Notes under the pieces: model-generated
What the model was told of the DNA's origin: nothing
Seen by the model: the letters and a program-made list of their open reading frames with translations, nothing else
Databases searched by the model: none
Shown here: positions 12,171 through 22,342 of the stretch, in pieces
Position numbering within the stretch: the first letter of the stretch is position 1
Layout: every line of letters begins with the position of its first letter
Origin: Octopus sinensis
Lineage: Eukaryota
Length of the DNA stretch: 38,282 nt
Assembly (NCBI RefSeq): GCF_006345805.1
Contig: NW_021832370.1
Span: 1-38,282, forward strand
Direction: 5' to 3'
Position numbers and translations under genes: made by a program

Positions 12171-12932
12171 TATGGACGTTTTATTGAATGATAAAAAAAA
12201 TAAAGCTCAGATCAAACATTCGAACAGAGTGTATAAGGTTGTGGGACAAGTTAGGAGGGTAAAAAATGTGGTTAAATCGAAACGGAAGAGTTTATCTTCA
12301 AAATCTATTTTTACAGCAGCAGAGCAAAGATTATCTTTGAATAGCATCTCTGCTACAAACACCAGCAAGGGAAAAATGTAACATGAAAATAATAATTTCT
12401 TATATTCGCTCTTAGGTATGTATTTTGGGAGAGGAGAAGGACCAATTAAATTGACCATAATATTCGAATTCTATAAATGTTATCGCTCGTGGATGGGAGG
12501 ATGAAAGGCGCTAAATAAAAGTTGCAAATAAATAACAAAAATCGCTTTTATTGGCTTCCTGTCCTTCGACTGTTTACTAAAACAGTGATTCTAAAAATTT
12601 CTTACATTGGCGCAAAGCGAACATTTAGTAGGAGGAGTTAGTCAAAGATCTTTAGAAGGATAAAAAGCAATGCGAGTATGAACACGGAACAAGGAAAATC
12701 AGAACAACTGTCGCGCGGTATTTTGTCCGATGCTTTAACGGTTCTGCCATCCTGCTGCCCTTGGTAATAGTAACTTTTACCGAGAGAAAACCGCCTGGAG
12801 GGCTGTGCTTCTGCTACGAAAAATAATAATCCTTCAATAAAATCACCGCTACATTTACTTCCTACCCAACCCCTCTCCATTAAGCATCACCATCAGCACA
12901 ATCATCATCATTCTCACTTATTTATAAAATAT

Positions 12933-13058
12933 ATCCTTTTATACTCAAGGCACAAGGCCCGAAATTTTGAGGGGGAAGGCCAGTCGATAAGATCGACCCC
13001 AGTACGCAACTGGTACTTAATTTATCGACCCCAAAAGGATGAAAAGCAAAGTCGACCT
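12933..13058 (-). mobile_element. SINE B2 3' half
   Basis: GGCACAAGGCCCGAAATTTTGAGGGG tail plus ATCGACCCC...GTCGACC core. Confidence 0.75.
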
Positions 13059-13074
13059 TTGGTGAAAAATTGAA

Positions 13075-13497
13075 TATTAATTTGATTAATATCAATTTAA
13101 AAGCAGTGGTCTAGCATACTAAAATCTGAAGGTTCAGAAAATTATATTACATACATATTAGAGGGATGACCACAACGTGGACAATCCTTATGCTAGAAGT
13201 ATATCCGCTATGGTCTTAGCACTAAGAAATGTTCTCAAGAAAATTCAGCAAACGCCAGAACGAAATCGAGCAAGACAAATGAGAAATTACAAAATATAGA
13301 TTAATCATGGACATGTTTCGCTATCAGCAGTTACGCAATTTTACTTACGCGATTTATCCGTAGCTCCTTAGCATGATCGTCATTGCAAATATAATTTTCA
13401 GAACTATACACGAGAATTTTCTTGAGAACATTTCTTAGTGGTAAGGCCATAGCGGATCTACTTCTAACATAATGGTTGGCCACATTGCAGTCATCCT
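13075..13497 (-). mobile_element. Non-coding PLE-like element with 83-bp inverted arms enclosing a hammerhead
   Basis: 13164-13246 is the reverse complement of 13414-13496 (about 10 mismatches); the right end abuts (TA)n. Left boundary uncertain. Confidence 0.65.
13304..13377 (-). ncRNA. Type I hammerhead motif with long stem-loop II (G5A in this copy)
   Basis: AUCAUG CUAAGGA GCUA...UAGC GAA ACAUGU C CAUGAU: perfect 6-bp stem I, palindromic ACAUGU, GUC site. Confidence 0.75.
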
Positions 13498-13502
13498 TTT
13501 TT

Positions 13503-13568
<66 letters not shown>

Positions 13569-13612
13569 TATTATTATTATTATTATTATTATTTTATTAT
13601 TATTATTATTAT

Positions 13613-14080
13613 TCTATGTTTGACTTTTGCTTTATGTTTGTACAAGTTGGCTCCAAGTCTCACCCAGAGACCTCAAGAGATAACAGGTTGGAAGTTCACG
13701 TTGTTGTTACGACTAGTGTGCCATATATTTGGGGGGTTTTTTGGTGTTGTACTAGTGAATGTCTAATAAATAAATTTACAAAAAAAATTGTTTGTTTTAA
13801 ACCTTGAGATCATATAGAGAGTATTTTGCGTAGGATATGAGCAGTTCCCATGAGCACTATCTTTTGAATTTCTGCCATTTTGAGGTTTCCTGGTATCTGA
13901 GTTGGGTAGCAATCAGCCCCTTTCGCTATCATTCCCAGGGCACCTATGACAACAGGTATTGTTTTAGTCTTCAGGTTCCACATTTTGCTGATTTCTATTT
14001 CAAGATCTTTATATTTGCTCAGTTTTTGGTAGGTCTTGACAGATACGTTTATATCGATTGGGACAGTCATATCAATTACT
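13613..14080 (-). mobile_element. 5'-truncated R4/Dong-like LINE (REL C-terminus plus 3' UTR) within (TAA)n
   Basis: IDMTVPIDINVSVKTYQKLSKYKDLEIEISKMWNLKTKTIPVVIGALG...QKIVLMGTAHILRKILSI*; 3' end runs into (AAT)n, 5' junction also TAA-rich. Confidence 0.88.
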
Positions 14081-14130
14081 ATTAATATTATTATTAATGA
14101 AATAGATGGAATGTGTAAAAGATTTTAGTG

Positions 14131-14176
14131 TACATCACATGTTTCGACCCGTCCTGGATCTCTTCGGATTCATGTA
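14131..14176 (-). ncRNA. Decayed hammerhead-like motif in a PLE-like remnant
   Basis: CCGAAGA GAUCC-AGGAC-GGGUC GAA ACAUGU G: good stem II and palindrome, but U4C, G at position 17 and a bulged stem I. Confidence 0.45.
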
Positions 14177-14454
14177 ATAAAAAGTCTCACTAGAGATTTC
14201 CTGAGTCAGCTTACTTACCGCTATATGTCCACCAAATTCGAGAATGAGTAAAAACAGAGAAAAATTATTGAAGCGCAAACAATTCAAATATGAATGTGAA
14301 AATCACACAGTCTAGTTAGAGAAAATGACGTCATGACGTAATGAGCCTTCGCTGTTGTAACTGTTAAGAGAAAGAAAAGGAAGATAATATTTAAACGAAA
14401 TTTTTTTTATGTTCGTGAGTACACGCACATATACACACACAGATACATATATAT

Positions 14455-14498
<44 letters not shown>

Positions 14499-14561
14499 TT
14501 TTGTTTGTTTTTGTTTTAGTTTCAGCTCTTGAGCTCCATAAAATCACCGCCATTATCATTC

Positions 14562-14817
14562 TATTAAATTAGAGATAAAACCACTATTAGGCAAATCAAA
14601 CAGTGAAAATCATAAACCAATACATAGAAATAAAAATATATAAATATGAAATTCCAAAATTAAAATATTTAAATATTTAAATATTTTAAAATTGAAATAT
14701 TTTAATTTTGAATTTTATATTTTATATATTTTTTATTAATTAATTTTATTTTTATATATTGGTTTATGATTTTCACTGTTTGATTTGCCTAATAGTGGTT
14801 TTATCTCTAATTTAATA
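14562..14817. repeat. Fold-back with perfect 61-bp arms and an AT-rich, partly self-complementary interior
   Basis: 14562-14622 is the exact reverse complement of 14757-14817. Confidence 0.92.
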
Positions 14818-14850
14818 TAATATAATATATACTTCATTTGCTAGCAAAAA

Positions 14851-14888
14851 CTGTCCGATGAACGGCAACGGTAAACTCAGAGTAACAG
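14851..14888 (+). ncRNA. Decayed type I hammerhead motif
   Basis: CUGU CCGAUGA ACGGCAACGGU AA ACUCAGAGU A ACAG: stem I CUGU/ACAG and near-palindromic helix III, but G12 missing and U4C. Confidence 0.5.
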
Positions 14889-15259
14889 GTTTTGTTGAAT
14901 TTTTTGCTGCTTTAAATAAAGCATATTACTCTACCACTGGTATTTGAGTACTCTTTTTTCCACCTTGTTTCACATTTATGTGTTTACTCCGGTGTAATAT
15001 AATATATATATATTTATACTATAAAATTAGATTTAATCCTAAATCTAATTTTTCCCTGTAAGTTTTGGATTACTCCCTAATATTATTATATATATATATA
15101 TATATGCGCATATACATACACGCTCACACACGCACATCCAAGTATAAGAGCATATACATACAACTAGATACACACGCATACGCACACATATGGACGAATA
15201 CATACATATATATGTATAGGAACTCATATATGCAGGTCCACACGCGTATATATATACAT

Positions 15260-15353
15260 AAAAGACAGAGCCCAAGATCTCGCGCAATGGAACCGAACCC
15301 AAGACCAATTCGTTGGGAAACAAGCTTCTTAACCACACAGCCACGCCTGCGCC
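15260..15353 (-). mobile_element. SINE A head fragment
   Basis: Ends AACCACACAGCCACGCCTGCGCC on the plus strand. Confidence 0.7.
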
Positions 15354-15589
15354 TGTTATATGTATGTGTGGTTTGTGTGCATCTGTGTATGTCCATCATA
15401 ATTGGCATCTCTCGGTATTAAGAACTCGATTTCATTGAAAATCTCTCTGTTCTCTGCTGGTTGTATAAACTTATTTTTGACCTCAAAGAACGAGCTCTAT
15501 AGCTGTGTGCGAATGTGTATGAGTGTTTAGCTGGGTACGTGGGAGAGAAAGGGAGAGGAAGGGAGAGAGAAAAAAGTGATGGTAGTAGT

Positions 15590-16260
15590 AGTAGTAGTGT
15601 TTGGCGTGTTTGGCGTGTTTGGTTGTTTATTATTTTTTTTTTTTTGTAGTTTGGTCAGTGGTGTGATGTGGTGATAGAGGAAGATCTTAGAGAATTACCA
15701 GTGAAACGGTGCTGTTGTTGTGGATGGAATTTAATGGTCTCTTGTGGGATTAATGTTTAATATAAGTGGTGTTGGAGGTGGTGTTGGAGTGGTGCTGGTG
15801 ATATTGGATGTATTGGTGAAGTGATATTTTTTATAGATAAGTGAGAATGATGATGATGATGATGATGATGATGAGGATGATGATGATAGGAGTGGTAGCT
15901 TTGGTAGTGGTGGTAGCGGTAATGATAATAACGGGAATAGTAGTGATTGTGGTAGTTCTTGTGGTGTTGGTGGTGGTGGTTGTGGTGGTGGTTTTGGTGG
16001 CGTTGATAATGGTACTGGTTGTACTACTAATGATGATGGTGATGATATGATGATGATGATGATTGATGATGGCATTGATGTTAATGGTGGTGTTGGTGGT
16101 GGTGAGGGTGCTGTAGTGATCGTGGCATTACTGGTTGTGGTGGTGGTGGTGGTGGTGGTGGTGGCGGCGGTGGCGGCGGTGGCGGCGGCGGTGCGGTGTG
16201 GTGGTGGTGGTGGTGGTGGTGGTGGTGGTGGTGGTGTGGTGGTGGTGATAATGATTGTAA
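15590..16260. repeat. Compound (GGT)n/(GAT)n/(GGC)n low-complexity tract
   Basis: Visible simple repeats. Confidence 0.85.
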
Positions 16261-17104
16261 TGTTGGGTTGGAGGGATCTCTGTTATTTCTATTGACCATT
16301 TATCATTGATTTTTTTACGTTTTATTGATCTGTTTATCCTTTTAACTGGTCACTTCTCATTGGCCTGATTTTATATATACATATATATATATTTTTTTAT
16401 CATTATTTTCTTCATCTTTTTATTTTTTACATTGTGATTAGTCAGTTTTTATGTCAGTTCATATTCGGTCAACGTTTTTAATAGAGGTCAGTTCATATAT
16501 TGGTCAGTAGTTTGGGGAGCGATTCACATTAATGATATATTTAGATATATTTTAAATTCCCAGTATCATTACTATATTTGTATAATGTCTCCCTTGGATA
16601 ATTAATATTTCCGTTTTAAAATATTCTGTTGCTTACAATTAGTTAAGTTCAAGCGTTTGGACGGATGAGTTTGTATACCGTGGGGAAAATTGGAATCTAA
16701 GGTTTTGGGAATGATCTTTCGTTTAAGTGCGAGAGATGAAAAAAAAAAAATATTGTTTTCTACTGGTATTTATTTTGGAGTTAGTTTCGCAGGAATTTTG
16801 GTCTCAAGTCGTGTGCTGAGACTAATATAGTTATATTTTGGAAGAGTCATATCATAATAGTCTGTAAATACGTTCACCGGTTCACCGGTTGCTATTTGTA
16901 TGGAAGACAACAAGGGATAATGTAGTGGAAAAGGAAATGCTGAGAGAAGAGGTAGAATAAGGACAAACAATAACCAGTGAATGGGCGTAGAGGCTTCGGT
17001 AATGTGACTTTTTGAAAATATAACAACATTTATGGTTATTTACGTTTAATATAATATAATATATATTTTGTTATCTAACGTAGAAACGGATCAGCAAATT
17101 GGCC

Positions 17105-17232
17105 AAGTTATCATATATATATGTATGCGCCGTTATATATATGTATGAACATATATATGTGCGGTGTGTGCATGTGTGCGTATTGATATGTATATATATA
17201 TCTATATATTATATATATATATATAATATATA

Positions 17233-17295
<63 letters not shown>

Positions 17296-17488
17296 TATGT
17301 AATATATTTATATATATATTTATATATATCTGTGTGTGTGTGTACATATATATATATCTGGAAAAAATATATGAATATATATATATACATATATGTGTGT
17401 ATATGTATATATACATATGAATATGTGTGTATGTGTATGTATACATAATGTGTGTATGTACATATATATACATACATATATTAGCGTG

Positions 17489-17536
<48 letters not shown>

Positions 17537-17570
17537 TATATGTATGTATATGTATATATGTAAATGTATA
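17105..17570. repeat. (TA)n/(TATG)n tract
   Basis: Visible simple repeats. Confidence 0.9.
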
Positions 17571-17644
17571 TATGTCTGTGTAATGGGACTGAGCCTGGAA
17601 CCATGTGGTTGGTAAGCAAGTTACTTACCACGCCTATATATATA

Positions 17645-17990
17645 TAAACAAAAAATAAGCAACAAGAATGGATCAGTAGTTTAGTACAATTGTTTCATAC
17701 TATAAACATTTTATTAAAGTTGAAAATATTACAGCAAATATAATGTCAAGTATTCTTCAGCTAAATTTCATATAGGTTTTCCAAACATCTTAGAGAGTGT
17801 AAATATCCTTATAAAGTTATAGAAGTGAGTTCCAGGAACTTGAAGTAATATTCCAAGCAGACTATATATTTTTTCCAACAATACAAAGTTATTAAATTAA
17901 TTATTGACATCTCAGAGAAGGTAAATCTACTCATAAAGATGTGGATATAAATTTCAAGAAACATGAGGAAAGATGCCGATCAGACCACGG
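17645..17990 (-). mobile_element. Non-coding PLE-like element between two (TA)n tracts
   Basis: Unique AT-rich block of about 345 bp flanked by TA repeats and containing a canonical hammerhead; PLE assignment inferred. Confidence 0.6.
17680..17765 (-). ncRNA. Type I hammerhead ribozyme, canonical core
   Basis: UUUAG CUGAAGA AUACU-(47 nt)-AGUAU GAA ACAAUUGU A CUAAA: 5-bp stems I and II, palindromic helix III, GUA site. Confidence 0.85.
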
Positions 17991-17991
17991 T

Positions 17992-18070
<79 letters not shown>

Positions 18071-18370
18071 CATATGTATGTATGTATAATATATATATAT
18101 ATTATGTATGCATTATATATTATACATACATACATACATACTTACATCATGCATACATACAGACATACATACATACATACATACATGCATACATACATAC
18201 ATACATTACATGCATACATACATACATACATACATTACATGCATACATACATATATACATACATACATACATACATACATACATACATACATACATGCAT
18301 ACATACATACATACATACATACATACATACATACATACATACATACATACATACATACATACACACATAA
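17991..18370. repeat. (TA)n(TG)n(TACA)n compound microsatellite
   Basis: Visible simple repeats. Confidence 0.95.
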
Positions 18371-18761
18371 AAGCCCTGTAAAATAACTCGGAAGGTTGGG
18401 CCTCCAATCAGGCTTTCGTGATATCCTGAAAACCAGGAACACGTCTGTATCCCTGGTATTAACATATATATATATATTCTTTTATTTTTTCAGTCTTTTA
18501 CTTGTTTCAGTCATTTGACTTCGGCCATGCTGGATCACCGCCTTTAGTTGAGCCAATCTACCCCAGGACTTATTCCTTGTAAGGCTAGTACTTAATCTAT
18601 CGGTCTCTTTTGCCGAACAGCTAGGTTACGGAGACGTAAACATACCAACATCGGTTGTCAAGCTATGTTGGGGGGACAAACACAGACACACAAACACACA
18701 TCACACTCACACACCACACCACACACACACACACACACCACACACAACACACATATAGATA

Positions 18762-18812
<51 letters not shown>

Positions 18813-18826
18813 TATGTGTATATATA

Positions 18827-19701
18827 AGTAACAATGAAGGGTGAAATTAATTAATTTGGAACAATTATCAATTACACCAAGTAGTCTTCGGCATGTAAAA
18901 GCCTCATTCGAGGAAAATTTAAGTAATACTAAGCAATTAAGGGTTTAGCAACGAATTGCCTTACCACACACCGAATTAGAAATAGCAGTCAAAGAGATTA
19001 TAGCTATTTCTTCTACTAAAAGGGAGATCACAGTAAAGGCACAGCATTTGAAAGGCAAACACAAACAGGTAAAAGAGAATGAATTAACGGCAATCTATCA
19101 TACAATTTTAAGTCACCTACGGACGTACGTTTCGAGATCAAGTCTTAGGAAAGCATAAGAATTAGAATAACTCTACTTTACCCAGACTTCTTCTTTTATC
19201 AGCGCAGGATACTAACAATCATGAATGATTGAATATTGAATTTTGAGATACTAGAAGGCACCAACTCAACTCAGTATCAGAGCGAGCTAGAAGCCACAGC
19301 TAGTATCACCAAATTCAAAGTATGAATGAAGCTTGTGTCACCAGTCCCTTCCCACCCGCGTGTAGCCAAGACAATGTGCTGTGGTCATTTACTGGGATGA
19401 ATATGGTTTATGAGTAACAATGAAGGGTGAAATTAATTAATTTGGAACAATTATCAATTACACCAAGTAGTCTTCGGCATGTAAAAGCTCATTCGAGGAA
19501 AATTTAAGTAATACTAAGCAATTAAGGGTTTAGCAACGAATTGCCTTACCACACACCGAATTTAGAAATAGCAGTCAAAGAGATTATAGCTATTTCTTCT
19601 ACTAAAAGGGAGATCACAAGAAATAGCTATAATCTCTTTGACTGCTATTTCTAAATTCGGTGTGTGGTAAGGCAATTCGTTGCTAAACCCTTAATTGCTT
19701 A
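18827..19701 (-). mobile_element. Non-autonomous PLE-like element: 206-bp direct repeats, 83-bp 5' inversion, internal hammerhead
   Basis: 18827-19032 matches 19413-19618 (two 1-bp indels); 19619-19701 is the reverse complement of 19515-19597; TA repeats on both sides; no ORF in the supplied track. Confidence 0.85.
19116..19208 (-). ncRNA. Type I hammerhead motif with long stem-loop II (G8A in this copy)
   Basis: CCUGCG CUGAUAA AAGAAGAAGUC...GACUUGAUCUC GAA ACGUACGU C CGUAGG: 6-bp stem I, palindromic ACGUACGU, GUC site. Confidence 0.72.
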
Positions 19702-19911
19702 TATATATATATATATATAACGACGTACTTCTTTCTGTTTCCGTCTACCAAATCCACTCACAAGGCTTTGGTCGGCCCAAGGCTATAGTAGAAGGCACTT
19801 GCCCAATTTGCCATGCAGTGGGACTGAACCCGGAACCATGTAGTACGTTAACAAGGAACTTAACACACAGCCATTCCTGCGCCTGTATATATATATATAT
19901 ATATATATGAT

Positions 19912-20094
19912 AGATCGTTAGCTCCTACACGCATTTTTTTCTCTCCTTGTTTCTTTTCTGTGTATCTTTCTGTCGAAGAGCGTAGGCACGAAACGTAAAA
20001 ATTTCTATTTCTATTCCTGAGCGCCATACAAATTCATTTGTTTGTTTGTACTCCACCTGCCTTCGTCTTTTGTTTATTTTCGTAAACCTTCCCA
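19912..20094 (+). mobile_element. PLE 3'-end fragment with hammerhead motif at 19965-20002
   Basis: Homologous to 34485-34670 (opposite strand); CUGUCGA A GAGC-GUAG-GCAC GAA ACGU A AAA. Confidence 0.8.
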
Positions 20095-20121
20095 TTATAT
20101 ATATATATATATGTATATATT

Positions 20122-20310
20122 TAGTTGAAATTTATAGAAAGACAAAAGACGAAGACAGGTGTATGAACAGGAAGTAAGTGTATTAATTTGACGCGCGGGA
20201 AAAATGAAAAAGTATTTTACGTTTCGAACCTACGCTCTTCATCAGAAAGGCATAAGAGAAAATAAATACAGAGTGAATGAAAAAAAGACTTGCATGGTAT
20301 ATTATAACAT
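20122..20310 (-). mobile_element. Related PLE 3'-end fragment with hammerhead motif at 20215-20248
   Basis: UUU CUGAUGA A GAGC-GUAG-GUUC GAA ACGU A AAA (canonical core, 3-bp stem I); shares GACAAAAGACGAAG(G/A)CAGGTG with the family. Confidence 0.78.
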
Positions 20311-20622
20311 ATTTATATTTCATGAAACAGCAATAAATAATAGGAAGTTTGAAAATTTACCGGAAGGCATTTCTTTGTTCGACCACCAGGGAGAAAAAAG
20401 GCGAAGTTGATTCTGGTGAGGATATTGAGATCGGTACTCTGCAGCGAAGAAATAACTAAGCAAAGCAATAGTTTCTATCCGACGCTCCGCCGATTCTGGC
20501 AACGCAGTGCAAAAGTGTTTTAGTTATAATTCTGATTACGAACCTAAATACAACGTCCTGGTTTCGTTCCAAGCATGACAATCCAGTTTGTTTCAGACAA
20601 AACAATAAATGTCAGACGATAA

Positions 20623-20852
20623 GGCGGCGAGCTGGCAGAAACGTTAGCACACCGGGCGAAATGCTTAACGGTATTGCGTCTGTCGTTGCGTTCTGAGTTC
20701 AAATTCCGCCGAGGTCGACTTTGCCTTTCATCCTTTCGGGGTCGATAAATTAAGTACCAGTTACGCACTGGGGTCGATGTAATCGACTTAATCCGTTTGT
20801 CTGTCCTTGTTTGTCCGCTCTATGTTTAGCCCCTTGTGGGCAATAAAGAATC
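20623..20852 (+). mobile_element. SINE B full-length monomer with 13-bp TSD
   Basis: ATGTCAGACGATA at 20609-20621 and 20859-20871. Confidence 0.92.
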
Positions 20853-21039
20853 AAATATATGTCAGACGATATAATTCAATGGTCCCTGATTTTTGTGTTT
20901 TCTTTTTTAAGGCGAAAGGGAAGAATGAGTTAAAGGGGAAGGTTGACAGCTGTTTCTAAGAGAAATGGCGATGACAACGGACCTAAGGGTTCGCATATTG
21001 ACTCCAGTATGGTCTGATTTTGTTATCGTTGCAACTGAT

Positions 21040-21311
21040 GTTGATAATGTTGATGACGGTGATGAAGATGACGACGACGAGGGAAATGAGGATGACGATA
21101 TGGACGACGGTGTGGGGAATGATGACGGCCATGATGATGATGACGACAACGAAAAAAACTGATGAGGATTAAGATCATGATCGTGATGATGTTGATGATG
21201 ATGAAGACCTGGGTGATGAAGACGATAAGAATGTACTGGAGTGAGATGTGCCATTGTTGTGCCTACTGCTATATTATTATTGTTATTATTATTGTTGTTG
21301 TTGTTGTTATT

Positions 21312-21342
<31 letters not shown>

Positions 21343-21364
21343 TCATTATCATTATTAGTTATTC

Positions 21365-21398
<34 letters not shown>

Positions 21399-21605
21399 CA
21401 TCATCATCATCATCATCATTATTATTATTATTATTATTATTATTGTTGTTGTTGTTGTTTTTGTTATTTTTGTTTTTGTTGTTGTTGTTGTTGTTGTTGT
21501 TATTATTATTATTATTCTCTTTTATTGGTGTTTATTGTTATTTGTGTTGTTGAAGTTTTGGTTGCCAGTGGGATTGGTTATGGCAGCAGCAGCAGCAGCG
21601 GCAGC

Positions 21606-21644
<39 letters not shown>

Positions 21645-21870
21645 TGTTGTTGTTGTTGTTGTTGTTGTTGCTATTGATGTTGCTAACGTTATTTGCGTTG
21701 GTACGCAAAAACGACCCGATTTCTTTTATTGATGTTGATGTTTGCAGTCAATATGTTTGATCTTATAGATGCTGTTGTTGTTGTTATTATTGTTATTCAC
21801 TTTACTGTTCCTACCGCTGCTGCTGCTGCTGTTGTTGTTGCTATTGTTGTTGTTGTTGTTGTTGTTGTGT
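21040..21870. repeat. Compound (GAT)n(TAT)n(TGT)n(TAG)n tract
   Basis: Visible simple repeats. Confidence 0.92.
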
Positions 21871-22342
21871 TGTTCAGCCCTTGGTCAGTTCTAATCCCGC
21901 CGTCTAATGATCAAACACATTCCAACTTTGAAGAGGTCATCCGATTCGGAGCTCCGGAGCTCCGGAGCTACGGGAGCATCCAGAACTACAACACTCTAAG
22001 ACGGCAACGTCTGATCAGAGCGACACTTACTGCTATTCGTAGCAGGTCAATCAAACGTCTAGAGTCATGTTGTTATATCAGCTATGATCATTATTATATT
22101 TTTTGAGAGATTTTCGTTTGCATTTTTACAATTTATATTTAGATATCACCGGAGGTTTTTTTCTTCTTTTTTTTGTTGCTATGGTTACTCCTACTGTTAT
22201 CGTCATGTACATAGCTGTCTTGTCCATCTTGTCTTTATAGCTATTGTTTGGGCTTTACAGTTCCTGTCGTTTTTGTTGCTATGATTTTCACAACTACTTC
22301 TGCTGTTACTCTTCCCATTATATTAACCATAACTATTATCAA

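Larger units (their letters stand above)
18495..19883 (-). mobile_element. SINE A split by an 875-bp insertion in its internal (TA)n
   Basis: 3' half about 18495-18760, 5' half about 19720-19883. Confidence 0.88.

Noticed and set aside
11681-12381. Ile/Tyr-rich ORFs up to 226 aa
   Set aside because: Translations of (TAT)n/(CAT)n; the same applies to ORFs at 641-921, 2894-3634, 15731-16299, 17099-18465, 20907-21732, 27092-28059 and 32012-33720.
12207-12458. 83-aa non-repetitive ORF with faint similarity to the minus-strand ORF at about 1600-1690 (FVxxMLFxxN)
   Set aside because: No recognisable family; the similarity is short and could be chance or a very old repeat. A translated search would settle it.
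20912-20960. Strong-looking splice acceptor followed by AKGKNELKGKVDSCF*
   Set aside because: No good donor and no recognisable product.
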